Source: Amoebophrya sp. A120 (taxonomy: Eukaryota; Protista; Dinoflagellata). Taken from it: a stretch of 64,000 nucleotides of DNA. Of this stretch, positions 25,861-40,053 are shown piece after piece (the stretch's first letter is position 1; each line of letters starts with the position of its first letter). The translations under genes were made by a program, and so were the position numbers. The stretch spans positions 1,450,392-1,514,391 of the forward strand of contig CAJINV010000013.1 in the NCBI GenBank assembly GCA_905178155.1, in the 5' to 3' direction. The notes below the pieces were generated by a model. It made no database searches and had not been told where the DNA came from. It saw only the letters and a program-made list of their open reading frames with translations.

Positions 25861-27568
25861 CCAACTTGGGAGCTTATGGCTTTAAAGCACCCTATCGTTC
25901 GCCGGAACTGGCGCGTTCGATATCGACTCTACAGTTACAAAAGGGTTACGAAAGAACATATACACAATGATCATCATCCATGCAGCTTTTACTCTTACTT
26001 TCTACATACAGTGCGTGTCTGTTCGCAGCAGCTCGTGGAGCTGGTACATGTAAGAGTAAGATGAAAGCATATTCATACATAATATAATCGCGAAGTCGCA
26101 TACACTAAAAAACGCGTTTTGCCATTGGATGGTGTCGTGTGACGAGTGACTGGCGTGCAGAGGCTCATTCGAAATCGAAGTCGAACCAGTGGCCGGTCAG
26201 CGATAGTCAGATTGCAGCTCGTATGCCTGCGGCCCCTTAAACTTCATATTGACATAGTCAATCTTCTCTCCGTCTCCGCCTTGCTTCGCCATTTTGCTTT
26301 GGATGTGCGTGTACCACTAAAACGGAGGAAAGATAATGCTCATCAAAGAAGAGACATGCTAACCGACGACGAAAATGTCGTGGTATTGAGGCCCAAGAAG
26401 GCGCTCCAACAAAGAGTCTGAAATATAATTCAAACAACTACCAGGCAAACAGAAATAAATAAAAGGCGGTTAGGCTACGACTGCTCTACTAGCACTAATT
26501 CAAAAATCGAAGTAAATAATTTGTTTCTTCCAGTTTCGCCTGTTCAGTTTCTTTGCGAGTGGGCTTAAGGTCTATCTTAATGTTTGACAAAAAACATAAA
26601 CTCAAAGACCTTGGTGATCTCGATCTTAGAAACTCAAGAACTGCTTGTCATGGGAGATCAACTTTTTGCTTGATGTGCTGCGAAAATTCAATACTGCTTT
26701 GTTCACATCACAACTATTTTAACTATTTTATTTTAAATACAAATCACAAAGCTAAAACAGCGAGAAAGTTCGGTAACTTATTGGAAGCTGCAAGAAAGAG
26801 GTGATCCGGTGCCGGCCAAGTTGGACCATAAATAAATTTCTTTGCGCTACGTCTAAGTTCGTTGACTTTATTCAATCGCCGTCCAAGAAGATCACATCTC
26901 CATGGCCTCCATTACATCAGAAAATACGGTCTTTCTACTTCATCATGCTATCGACTGTGCTTTGATGGATTGATCCGCGCTGACAACACAGTTGGAAATC
27001 GAGATCTTCAATCATTTTCGAAGATAGAAAAAATAGAAGAATCGTTTCCAGCGACCAGCCGACGCTAAAGTCTAGCTCTTCGATTCTGAAGTCGATGGAA
27101 AGCCGCTGCGGGGCAAATCAAAAAAAAAAAAATTAACACGCGCGGAGAGAGTGGATGCAGATCGACAAGTCAAAAACGAGAGAGAAAAAGCAGGACGTGA
27201 AATCCTCTCGACCACGCATCACCACGATTTTCGTTTTACACCAGCTGAAGCAGTGCAGCTGCTACATCCTTCATTCGCCCAGTATGCGATTTATTTCATA
27301 CGCTTGCTTCTACTTTCTCATCTCAACCCAGAGTACAATGCCGAGTATTGTCACGACTGCGCCAACAAAAACCTAGACGGCGAAAACAATGCGCACCATG
27401 GGTGTCGACCTTTTCGTGGATGCCTACGGCCACAATGACGGAATCTACCGGGAGTGCCCACGGCCAAAATGATGGAACCGCCAGGCTGTATTCCCTATCG
27501 ACTTCTTCTCCAACTGTATGCGCGTACGCTTCCCCGTCCGTCTTTGCGCGTGGGCGACGACTCTTTTT

Positions 27569-28880
27569 TTATCTACTTTCTTCGCCCTCCGGTTCCAGGC
27601 CATCTCGTGCCACCTTCCTCTTCTTCTTGTTGAGGACTTCCCGCGCCTCGTCAGTCATCTGCTCCTCCTTCGCAGCGATTTTATACGCGAGCAACACCTC
27701 GGGTGCGGTTTCCCAGTCGTTGGCTTGGAAGAACTTTTTCGCCGCATCCGGGTCGTGCTCTATTAACTTCGATAAGATGGTGTGCTTGTCCAGCTGCCCC
27801 CCTCTTGTACTCGATTTGCAGCCAGCGGCTGTGAGGCTGGCGGTTGGCGGCACAGCGGAGGAAACAGCCGGCTTTGTGCCTTTCGGCTCGACACTGTTGG
27901 TCGGCTCCAGGTCCACGTCGCTGCTGTCCGAGCTGGAGGACGAGAACGAGGACGAGGAGGAATCGCTGCTGGGCTTGGGTGAATTGTCTCGTCTCTTCTT
28001 CTCGTATTTTATTCGCATCCGCTTCTCTTCCTTTGCCTTTTCGCGAGCGAGTCTTCTTTTCTCTGCGAGTCTTCTTTCCTCTGCGCCCTCCGGGTCCGCG
28101 GCGTCGCGCTCAAGCTGCAATTGCTTCTTTTTGGCTTCCCATTCCTCATACCTCATTTCTTCTTTCGCGACAATTTTGTAGGCGAGTTTTACCTCGGGCG
28201 CGTTTTCCCACCCATTGTCTTCAATGAACTTCTTGGCCACATCCGGGTCATGCTCTATTAGCTCGGTAAAGAAGTGATACGCCACCTTCGTCGACGGACG
28301 CGGAGTGCCATCTGTTGTTTTGCGATTATGGAAAATTGTGGTCATGAGTATTGTTTCTGTAGGGTACGGCTCTGTAGCAGACGCGCTCCTGCAGGAATCA
28401 AAAAACACACTGACTTCTACTTTCCACCGCACAAAACCAGGAATCACGGCTTCCTCCGTTCCGATACCGTTCAGCGTGGCGCGGGAGCGGGTCAGAAGGG
28501 CATACAACAGGAAGAAATCAATGCAAATTACCCCACATTGTCATTGACATCCACATATTACAAACCGTAAATCTTAATCTTCTTAAATCAAAGAACTTTG
28601 TTCATTAGAGCGAGTTGGAGTACCTTCGTGAGGAGGGCCGTGAAAAAAACGGGACGTATTTTTTTGCTCGAAGCTCCATCCTTGCGGAAAGGTGATATGT
28701 TGGAAGTTGAATCTGGTACACATCGGATTTTTCATCTCCTTCAATTCTCCAGGTTTCGCTCGCTTTTGCCCGATCATGTCCCGAATTTTCCGGCCGAACC
28801 TTGTACCAGGAGCGCGTGCCCGAGATTTTCCAGCCCGTGGCAATCAGCCGGGCTTCCCTTATCTCGCTCAGGTCTTCGCT
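27569..28880 (-). pseudogene. Paralogous/partial copy of the same repeated domain, apparently frameshifted
   Basis: FNFQHITFPQGWSF...FHGPPHE|DGTPRPSTKVAYHFFTELIEHDPDVAKKFIEDNGWENAPEVKLAYKI matches 22790-22560. EIREARLIATG and QKRAKPG lie in different frames near 28780-28840. Could instead be 5' exons of the large gene or an assembly error. Confidence 0.45.
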
Positions 28881-29787
28881 GGAAAGGAAAACAGAAACAC
28901 AATGAAACTTTTTTTACAGGAAACACAAGGAAGAAGAGAAGAAGGAAAGCCGATCAAACAAGTTAAGTAGAAGTACAAATGAGGACCTTATTGCGAAAAA
29001 GAGTCAGTGTCTGCACCGGTGTAATAGATCCTCTCAATTTCAACATCGAGTACCCAAGCACGAGTAAGTTACGGAGGCATTGCTAAAATTCGAGACGAAA
29101 TTCTTGCCTCTGCTTTTTTTCGAAATCCAGAAGTCATGAGAAGGTAATAAAGTCGGTCTAGTTGTACTATTCCGAGCCGCGGACGCGGACCGTGCTCCGA
29201 GGCTGAACAATAGACGTGTGCGATTCTGGCGGCACTAGCGTTGGACGATGAATTCGTCCTGGTCCTAAAAGTCGATATGCGTCTGCCAAACAAAGTCGTC
29301 CAAAATCCTAACATCGCTGTCGTCGTTGCTTTCCTGAGCGGTCTGCCTCCTAGGGGGGGCCAACTCTGTCGTGCGGCGATTCGCGGTCCACCTCTGAGTC
29401 GCAGATTTGTCGTCAAAATATCTGCAGCCTACTAGTAAACGTCTGCAACGAAGTCAAAAGATCCTAAACTACGTAGAAAGTGGTCGCCCTCGTCTATGAA
29501 GCCTAAAAAAAATGAAAAGTTCCTGTAACCTCCTTTGAGGCACGGTATGCTGGTCGTTAGACATGACCGGCGAGTAAGTAGCAGTCCTAAATGTTGATCC
29601 TAAATGAATGAAGTTGCTTAACTTTAACCTAGGTGGCGAACAGAGCCCGAAAAGCTTTTCTTTACTGGTACAATCAGGGAAATTTTTCTTTGTAGTTGTT
29701 CCTTACCTTGCCGAAATATATAATTTGATTTTCGGTTGTCGCGTATTTCTTCGCGCTGTCGTGATCGATCCCTATCTTTAACCTCGA

Positions 29788-32700
29788 TCAACTCGCGACC
29801 ATTTGCTGTATTCGTGCGGAAATGTGCTGGGCCGGTAGTCGGTAGACCAGGTTGTCCCATATGGAGGCGCCGAGTTTTTCTCTGTAACCGAGCAGTATCT
29901 CCCGGAACTCGTTCCTCAGGAGCGGGGATTCCTTGCCGTCAAACAGTCCAATGTTGAGCAGCAGGAGAAACAGATGCGAGTACCGCGTCACGTCGATGTT
30001 GCCGGTCCCGTTGCTGGGGCTCTGGTTGGTGTTGTTATTCCCATTTCCAAGCGGTGAGTTCACCAGCACCTCCGGGTCGAGCTTCACCAACTTGCAGAAC
30101 CCCAGGAAGGCCCGCATTTTCTCGTGGTCTATTCGCGCGTCCTTCATGGCGTACAGCCACGGCTGGACGAAGGTGGAAAACTGCGGTCGCACTTCCGCCG
30201 GACACACGGACGCCAAACGGCCGAGGGTGATGCAGTTGTTGATCATGTAGTGGTCGATCGGGCCGCTCCGCGCGTTGTTGTTAAACCCGCTATCGTTCCG
30301 CCACTGTCCGTTCAGTCCCATGCCATTCATTTCGCGGATTTTCTGTTCCCTTGCGCTGGTCGCGTGCTGGATGCACACGACTAAGGTTTCGGTGATGGGA
30401 CCAACGTAGGGCTGGATTATCTCCTCTGGTACTTGGATACACACCTCCCCGATCGCCCACGAGGCGTTGTTCGCCACCGACGGGTTGACGTGGATCAGGT
30501 TCTGCTTGCACGCCGGCATCAGCTGGGGGAGATGCGGGATCAGGAACTCGATGCAGTACTTCGCGCACTCGCCCATCAGGGCGAAAGCGCACTGCTGGGA
30601 CCCGAAATGGAATCCGTTGTTGTTGTTTGCTGTGAGGATCAAGGGGAGCACGGCCGCAAAATTTTGGTTTTTCAGCACGGCCGAAATGTCGCGGCCGAAC
30701 CCGTCGACCATGGCGGAAAGTAAATCAATGGACGTCGCCATGATGTCGCGCTCCGGGCGCTCGGCCGTGTTCGGATTTTCCTTGAACTGTACTTCCTGCT
30801 GTAATGTCGTCTTGATGATGATGCCACACTTCTCCACAACCTTGGAAGCGAGGGGGGCGAAGGAGGCACCTGTTGTAGTACGGCGAGGTGGAAAATTTGA
30901 TGGTGTTACTGATTCTACATCTAGAAGCAGATCGTAGATGTCGTGAAGTGTAGCATGATCCACACGTCAACATTGCGATTGCCCTGTGGTTCAGGAGAGG
31001 AAGAGATTTCCGTGTCACACACACACCCGGGCCCAGCACTTAAGAAAAGCAAAGGCTACCAATTTGCAAAAAATATCATCTCGCAAAAATCAGAATAAAT
31101 CCCTAGTACTACTTACAGATACCCATGTTTTCCACGAGCGCCATCAGGCACTCGAAGAGTGCGATCGTGAGCTTGTCGTTTACGAGCAGCTCGTCGAACT
31201 TTTTCCCGACCGGCGGCAGGAGAATCTGCAAGTATTGATCGTCGCGGATCCACCACTTCAGCGTCCGCACAAATGCCGCGGTGCAGTCGAAAAGGACAAA
31301 CAAGTTTTTCATCTGGTACGTCTGAAAAGCCTTGTCAAGTGTATGCAGCACGTCTGTGGCAAACTCGTGAAAAATCGTCGGGTTGTTGTCGCCACCGTAA
31401 TTCCCATGGTCCGGTACGGACTCGCACAGGGTCGCGAACGCGGAACAGGCGGCCTCCTGCACGCGCTTGGAGCGGTCCAGCATGCGCTGCAGGAGCGCTT
31501 TCAGAACCTCGATGGAGACATTGCGGTTCTCACACACCCAATACCCGTAGCGGGCCATGCACCTGTAGGTAGGATAGTTTTTGTGAGGCGTGAACACAAA
31601 AACAGCAAGACGCGTGTAGGAAGCATGAAAAGATCGGAAAAGCAAATAAAGGAAAAAAGAATTTGAGTTCCATTATCGTGCGCAAAATATTTATTTCCAC
31701 ATAAGAATACATGCGGCAATGCAGTAAAGCATGTTTGTGTGTACCAGCAGCTTATGCTTCGCAGCAACGGTTTTTCGTGGGTGACGGTTTTGGTGACAAG
31801 AAGTTCGAAAACTTGCGGAAGATGGGGACACATTAGTTCAAAGCAGCCAACTCCTATCGCACCGATGGCGAGAACCTAGTGAAGTGTTTGTTATTGATTT
31901 TCAAGTGTGACAGCACAAAAGGGTGGCTCGTAAAAACTTTTGTAACGCGAATTATTAGGCATTGTGGCAAGTTTCATTTTCATTTATCTCGACGAAAAAA
32001 GCTGGAAAATCTTCTACCGCGCTCTCCTGCGTTTCCCAATCCGTGGACTGTAAATGTGTGGATATTATTGGCAGCACCAAATCCATAACGTCTGAACCGT
32101 AGTTCGCCGCCATCGTATCCAAGGAATTTGCTGCGGCTTTTCTGACGGTCCACTCCGTGCCCCAGGCGTTGGATGGCCCACTGTCGTCGTCGTCGTCATC
32201 GCCGGCGCCGTGCTGGTTCCGCGACTCGTGGAACCGGGGCTGAATGTCTTGCTGGTGGTCTTTCGCGTCCTGATCGTCGTCGCGGTCGTACATGTTGCAG
32301 TAGTCCGTTTCGGTGTACTTCATATTTTGCAGCAAAATAGGCACTAATTGCGGCAACAGGTCCTTGATTCCGGTCCAATAATTGTCCCATCGGACCGCGG
32401 AAGACCAGAAGTCGCAGGCCTCGATGCGGATCTTCTCGTTGGGATGCTGGCTGTGCTTCAGCATGAAATTCAGCACCGTCGGGGCCTGCTTTCCGCCGAT
32501 TAAGTCGTACCCCTTTTCTTTGTTCAGCAAGTGCGCCATGCCTTTTACCACACCGTGTAAAACATCGGTGTCTTCGTCCGAAGCGAGCCGCTCCACCATC
32601 TGGAAATAGGCGGGAAGAAGGTGACCTGGGGCGGTTGTGATGCGATGGGTCGAAGAAAATTTTTGTGGTCTAAGATGAACACAAGCTTACGAGTACAACT

Positions 32701-33662
32701 GGAAGTTCTAGAAGTCGGGCAGCGCTGGGTGGTCGTGCACTCGCACTTTACTTCCATAATTTTCAAGCATTACATTGACAAGATCTCTATGAAGATCGCA
32801 TGTTGAAGATGTTGAACAATCATACGACGAAATACAACTCGAGTACAAGTTCTATACCTAGTATCTCCTGGAACGGCGAAGTTTCGAGCATTTCGGCGAG
32901 TGCAAAGTGATTTGCCAGCTGGACGGAGTACTTCCTGCACACCAGCGGGGCGGACATGTTCCCAAACTGAAACACGGTTGGCAGTAGCTTTTCCGCGCAG
33001 AACTGCAAAAATTGCTTCTGCGCTTCGGGCAGGGACTCCACATCGGGCGGCCCATTACTTCCATTTATTCCGCCCCCCATCCGTGGCCCGGTGTTCATTA
33101 AATGTTGGCTGATCGCCTGCTTCATCGCGTCGCACGCGTCTTCGCAGATCTTGGTGAGGCAGGAAAATGACCCGTCTAATCTCTCTAAATCCTGCTGCTG
33201 CTGCTGCGTCAAGCTGCCGCTGCTCGAGGCGGAATTCGACGTGCCGACCTGTAAGGCGGTGACTAAGTTCCCGGTGAGATTTCCGATCGCGTCGAAGTTA
33301 TTTTGCAGGTGGGTCTTCTGGATGATAAAAGTCAAAACGTTCCCAGAGGTTTCTCTTATCCTTTTGTTCGGATCCTTCACCGTCTCGACCAGCTGGTCCC
33401 GCACGGTGCGGACGTGCTGGGGGTTCAGATTGTCGCATCGGGTGCGGAAAACCTGCTTCAAAACCAACCCCGCCCGCTCCCGAACTGTCGGCTTGTTCGC
33501 CAGATTTTCCTTGTCTTGAAAAACGTACACCAGGTAGAGCAAAAGATTCTCGTGCTGGTTCAGTACCTGGAACCGCTGGACCACCTGCTGCTGGGCCTGG
33601 TTGCTCGGATCCTCGGCCAGCTCCAGGGTCTCCAGCAGGGAATTCAGGATGGACTGGTCCAT
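29788..33662 (-). CDS. TNPO1: Transportin-1 / importin beta-2 (5 exons, GT-AG introns)
   Basis: Importin-beta N-terminus (RERAGLVLK), acidic H8 loop QDIQPRFH...DDDDD...WTVRKAAANSLDTMA, ESAVLAIGAI, KPLLRSISCW, RMLDRSKRVQEAACSAFATL, VANNASWAIGE, NNCITLGRL. Canonical splice sites give in-frame joins. Confidence 0.95.
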
Positions 33663-35517
33663 GATGAATGTTGTTCTTGTAGTCGGGGGTTTTACCGGCC
33701 CTGAGGTCGTCCTCAGGATTTTTATAGTCTTAACAACATAACCAGCTTTTTTCTACTTTTCGTAGTTGTACTCGTTTCGTCAGCACGCGGGGAGGACAAG
33801 AGCTGCGGCCCCGCGATCGTTTCCACGACCTCGGTGAATAATTCTGCGTCGTCGCATCTTGATCGCGTAGATTCGGTCGTGAGGGAGAGCTGCGCCGGGA
33901 TTCGTTCAAGGTAGATCGCTTTTCGTCATTATTCAAGCGCTTCGTCTGGGCGCCAGTGCTAGCCCGAGCGGTAATACGTGAGTTACTTTTATTATGGATA
34001 AAATTGAAAACCTCGAAAAACTAAAATACGGGAACTAGACCAAAATCTAAATTTCGAGGAAAAATGGGTTTGGGTATAGCGCTGTGAAACCAAAAAATGG
34101 CAAATGCGAAGTCGAAACGAAAAAATGTAATGTAACTCAAGAGGATCTTCACCTGTTCAAATCGGATCCAAAAGATCGTGCGTCCCTAGAAAACAAATTT
34201 TAGGTCTAGTGTGCGGGCGTGCGAATGGGATGAAATATACTCTTTACATGTATCGATATTGGAGATCGCTGTGAAAAACATGAAGTTCTTGGCAAGCGAT
34301 CACTTCAATAGAAAACGGCTAAGCATGTAGCGAACTTACGCATGTGTTCTTGTAAGAACCGCTTTTCTTTAGATCTTTGCAGTGACAGTCTTCTCTTGGG
34401 CTCAATGTCAATACTAGATTACTGCGAGATCATAGAAAGATAAATACTCGACGTGGAAAGGAGAATGAGATCAAAGTAGAAAGTGGATCGCTGTGCTATA
34501 GCATGACGAGTTCATCTTTGAAGAGGTCAGGAGCGGCGCATTTGTCCGCTAACAAACACAGCAGCAGCTTTCCTCTAAAGACTAGCTTGCTGTAGGTCAG
34601 CTGCAGCTCCTGCTCCTCGAAGCGCTGGGTGCAGACACTAATGCTTGCATGTTTTCTTAATTTTCGAGAGTCCTGGCAACTGGTACTCTGGGTCCGTGTG
34701 TTGACTATGTTCAGTGAGTTTGCAATCGTGGACGTGTCGTGGCTTCTTTCTCGTTTGAACTTCATGCACGCTAGCTATGTACCCGGCGACACGTCCTAGG
34801 CCTAAACGTCCGATGCCGCTAGTTGTATGCTCGAAAGCTAACTATTATTTCTACATTCCGCCACACTTCCTCTTTTCATCTCGACTTTTTTTCATATTTT
34901 TCTTTGTTCTTTTTTTTTTTTTGCTGTCTATTATTCTATTTTTATTACTGTATTATATTGTCGTTACTTATTTTTTGATTATATATTTTATCTTTATCAA
35001 TCTCTCTAAAATGCATTCTTTTCCTTTGCTATGACTTTTTCGTGTGATGATGAGGCTGATATCGCCATGCCTCCGACGAGCCTTGAACTAACCTTCTTTG
35101 CAAATCCGAAATCCGACGAAGTTTATTTGGAATTGACGGACCGCAATTTCAACAGTTGGGTCTGCTTCATATTTTTCATATTGAAGCTGATAGATAAACC
35201 TAAATTTGTTCTTGTTCAACGATCTCTTTACAACGAATATCGGCTGTAGATGAACTCTTCAATGATGAAGGTGTAGGTGAGGGTGACGAGCAGTGCTGAT
35301 ACTAATGGTGATGACAGAGCAATAGGTAGTGTACTAAAAGTCATTAGAGTCGTACATGATCATGAGTACTATCGAAGCACGGTTCATCTTTGTTTTTCCG
35401 TGTGTGATATTAAACCTTTACGTTTACAGATACCCCCAAATGTTGTAGTTGCGTTTTCGAGAGGGAGAGACTGAGATCGCGGTCCGACAAATAACAACTG
35501 GCTTGTCGAGTACGTTT

Positions 35518-38500
35518 TCACGGATTATACGACCGTGGCAACCAGCTTGGCGCTCCACAGACACGGTAAATGTGGGGCGCGAAGTCCAGACCCTTATCGT
35601 CGATCCCGGAGGCGTCTAAGATTCCTTTGTTGCGGTAGGGGTCCCAGTTGTTAATCACAATCAGAAGCGCGAAATACGCGCCGAAGGCCCACCACACTTT
35701 CAGTAACCTTTGCCAGCTGCAGCGGTCGATCATCTTTTTTAGTAGTAAGTATTAAAAAATGTGAATGCAAATGCTGGTCTCTCTCTCTCTTGTTGTCAAT
35801 GTACTGACAAGATAGATACTGTTTCTACGTACTCCTCTGCTTCATCCCTTCTGTTCATCTACACCTCCCCGCTTGATTCAAAAGTACTTAAGTAAGTAAA
35901 ACAGAAGTTCTAGCATCCCCGTACCGTGAAAAAATCCCCGACGAGCTCTCGCCATGGCACCAGGGCACAGTCTTCATTCAGGTGCACACCAAGAGTGACG
36001 ACGAAGTAGGAAAGCAAGTCCGTGAGGAGAAAGATGCTGGCATAGGTCATGTACTCTCCGTCCAAGCTCGCTTGGCCCTGTCGGCTTTCCACATCGGATC
36101 GCTGGAAGCCCGGAAAGAATGGGGCGTCGCCGAACAAAATTACTACGCAGGGCGAAAAAAACACCACCGCAGCGGTAAAAATGCGTGCGAACATTCTCGA
36201 CTGAAATCTGGCGAAGTTTTCTTGCTGCACGTAGACGAGTAGGGGCCTGACCCGCTGTAGATCTGCGATTGTGATTGGGCAGCGCATTTTTCGACCCGGG
36301 ACGACCATGCAGGGTTCGAGGCGAGGGACCTTCCGCGCAACGATTCGGTGATTTGCGAACTGAAAGATCCGCTCGTACGTGGAAACGGTACCCGTCGAGG
36401 AGACATTTACTTGCGTGTCCTCGTCCTCGACCTCGAAAGCTTCGACATTGACGACGTCATTACTGCTCGACGCTGGTCTTCCCTGGGGATTTCGAGTGGA
36501 AATCCGCTGCTTCGCGTTCTCTTTTCGTTTGACAGTGGCAGTACCGTCGGCTGTCGTTGCGGAAATCTGTTGTATTTCGCGATTTTTATTGATTGATATT
36601 TCAGTGTCAACATTTTTGCTTTTGATTCTGTACAAACAAATTTTTAGAACATAATCATGTCGACCACGTCAGTCTCCCTCGCATAGGCATACTAAACTAG
36701 ACGAGCAGCACAACAAAGTTGCGCCTACATCATGCGGGAATTGCATGTTTGTAAATACCTTCCCAGAAACGGCTGATGAAACATGAGCGTTGACGTCACG
36801 CGTGTTCGACGTATTACCGGTTTTCATCTTGTTCTCTTGCTGCGCTGCAACGGAAGTTTGTTTCGGTTTCTTGGCCGTCGACGTAGCCCCAAACGGATCA
36901 GTAGTGAGCGAGCACAACATCGCCGCCGTGGAAATGTCGTAATTGCTGTAAGACTTTCGCGGAGGAGGTGCCCCAGTCGTCCCGATCGGGCGGTGCATTT
37001 CGCCGCTACTTGAAGCCGCTGCGGAAATCCTTTTCAAGTCCTGGACAAGAGACGACCGGCGGTTTTGGTTTTGCATCTCCTCGGGCACCGCAATATTGCT
37101 GGGTTTTGCTAGGCAGCTTCTATTGTCGCCAGCACCTTCTACGGAGATTGTTTTGTCGTCACAAGTGCGGCGGTGGTTCTCCTGTTCGCTTCCAACTGAG
37201 GCATAGTCATCATCTTTAATACGCCCTTTATTGTTATTAGCTACTGCCGCTTCAAGCAAAGTCGATGCGCTGTTTGTAGATGTTTTTCCTGGTTTGTTCA
37301 TTTTGCCGTCGTGGCCGTCGATTAACGATGGAACGACATTCGAGGTATCGTCAGATCCCCTGCCGTTCTGCGTCGGTTCGCCGCCGCGTGTGTCACCAGT
37401 GATTGTGTTCGTATCCAATCCGAGGCGCTGGCTTTCGATTTCGCAGTCAATTGCATACATCCAGGTCACAGGAATAGCTGTTGCAGTGTCGATGCGATTA
37501 AAAACGAAGCGGCGCGTGAAGGAATCAATCAAGCGAAACAGCTTGAACTTGGCGGGAAGCACGGTGTCCCTGTGTAGTCTTCCGTTGGTAGCATCGAGCT
37601 TCATCTTGAAGCACTGCCACTCGGCGCTGAAACCAAGTCCGAAGTGCATGATGTCGTAAAACACGTCTTTCGCGACGACAATTGCGAACGCTGACGGAGA
37701 AACCTTCAAGAGTGCGCCGCGACCGTAACCGTAGCGGTACAGGTCGAGGGCTCCATTGCAGAGGATACGAGCGAAGCACTCGAGATCGTATTTCTCTTCT
37801 GGAGAAAGTTCTTGCTCCCCCTGTAAAAAGGCCGTGGCTTTCACGAGGGAGAACAAGTACGCGGCTCCGCACTTTTTGCTCCCAATGGGAACCCAGATGG
37901 AGAAGAAAACGGTCGCAAGCAGAACTTCAAACAGGGTTTTTCGCAAGATGTCCGATTCTTCGGTCAGTGTCTGCAATGCCGGGAAGACAACGCGGAGGTA
38001 CACCCCACCGACAGCTGCCCACAAGCCGTAGAGCATGACGTTCGACAGGACGGCCGCGCGCAACTTCCACGGGGCCGAACACGGCTGGATCGCGAGCAGA
38101 TCAAAAAGCAACAGCAGAGGCAATCCTATGGGGCCCTTTAGCAGCGGGATTACACCACCCTGATTTTCGGTCATATGCGAGGACCAAATGCCCACGATGA
38201 TGATAACATTGATCAGGCAGTAAAGTAGCTGCGAGGTGTAACTCCACAGGTTCAAGACTGTGCTCATGGAGACCCAGTTAATCACTCCCCAGGAAACGAT
38301 CCACCACCAGAATACGTCGGTGGTGGCGTAATCAAGGAATCGGGGGGCCAGGAAGTAAAAGCTCTTCTTACTGTTCTGGAAAATCTTCAGGTCGCAACTG
38401 GGTTCGCCCGCAGCAGGAGCGGATTCCCAGTAGCAGTCGACGCTTGCGTTGCAAGCAGCGGCACCACCTGCAATCAGCAACCCGCACGTACTAACCTTCT

Positions 38501-39059
38501 CCGGGTACTCGTGCATACGGATCGAGTCGCGCACAGCTGCCCCCTCATAGAAACAGCCCGTGCCGCCAAGTGGGACTGTTTTGAGTATTAACCACAGAAA
38601 GTGCGTCGCCAGCGGAAGGGCCATTAGCGCGAACTGCCACATGAAGAACCGCAACATGGAATCGTTCCAGTAGCATTTTTCTCGGGTTACCTCGCTGAAG
38701 AATTTTTTGGTTGCTCGCCCGCTGCTGGTGCCGGCCCGTCCTGCGGTCGAGAGAATTTTGGAAACGACGCCAGTTACCCGGGAAGTCACTTTCTTCGATG
38801 CTGTAGAGTCTGTCGCTGCTGAAAAAGTAGCTCCTACAGGTAGAAACCCATCATGCGCTCCGTGTGGAACGACGGAAGTAGGATGCGGCTGTGGGCTCTC
38901 CGCGCCCTCAATGTCAAGAGCACGCATCTCCGCGCCATCCGTCTGCTGCTCACCTCTTGCAGCTCGTGTGGACATGATTTGACCCAACGAGGAGCGACAC
39001 GCCCCTTGTGGCGGGCGTGTTCGAGAACACCAATAGAGGCTTAGCCACTTCTCAAGCAC
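35518..39059 (-). CDS. Multi-pass membrane protein of unknown function (about 3 exons)
   Basis: 796-aa ORF with many hydrophobic helices and an extracellular Cys-rich loop, then ORFs 35910-36635 and 35518-35733 with more TM segments. The FFT|MIDR junction is GT-AG; the first junction is unresolved. Confidence 0.7.
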
Positions 39060-40053
39060 ACGCTTTGGCCTGTAAAGATAAATACATGAATGCTGCCCGG
39101 TCTTCGTGTCAGCTCATCATCGAACGAAAGCCCAGGTTGTGCTGCCTCTCAAAATCCTCTCACTCTAGTAGCCAGCTCAGCAACGTGAATGGGAACGTCG
39201 GTATAGAACGACACCAAAATGTAAATGTGGCGTACAAATAAAAAGGATGTTAACCCCAGCTAATGGTAAATCATGGTCGCTTGGAAGCTCATGCAGCATC
39301 TTCCGCTTTCACACGATACTTAAATAACCCAGGAAAAGCATGCAGTTCCAGTTGCTGGTCCTGCACCTCTTGCTGGAATAAAAGATACGGTACGACATGA
39401 GAACAGTTGCTGCGTATCCACAACAGAACGCCACTGAAAATGCATCTGCAGCGTTGCATGTGTGCAAAGAAAAACAGTTGATCAGGGTGTAGGGTGTAGC
39501 ACAACGCCCCAGATGCTCCGTTGTATTTTTCGGCAAGATGAAGTATTTCACTATGAGGTTGAGGAGAGTTGAGAAGCTACATCCTCGAGGTTTTTTGAAA
39601 ACACATCTTGAGAAGGGTCCGTCATTCGTCCGTGTTCTCTGTTCGTTTTGTGACACTAGTTTTGATGTCATTGTCGCTTTTTTTTTTATTTCTCTTCGGT
39701 CTTCTCTGGTGGTCTATTTCGACTTCTTCATGAAGAAGTTCATCCACATGTTGATTCATTCAATTTAACTTGTGACACTTGGATCGGTTTTGCATTTCCA
39801 CACCAACACGGGTCCGGAAAAAAAAATGCTGGTATGGCTATGCTGATCCTTGTTCATCTGCATGCCCCAGAGAGTACTACGAGTCCCGTGTTACAGCAGC
39901 ACCAGCAGCATGTTACGTAATCGCTAGTCAGATGCTCGCCGTGGGCTGCAGCTTCATCTTTGCAGGGTCCTCTTCCTGGGCAGGACGGAGAGCTGGCATC
40001 AGCAGCTTAGACTGTACTTATTGTTCAGCATCAAATTTTGTGCTACTTGTACT

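Noticed and set aside
34860-35010. Hydrophobic ORF 34777-35034
   Set aside because: It derives from a T-rich low-complexity intergenic tract.
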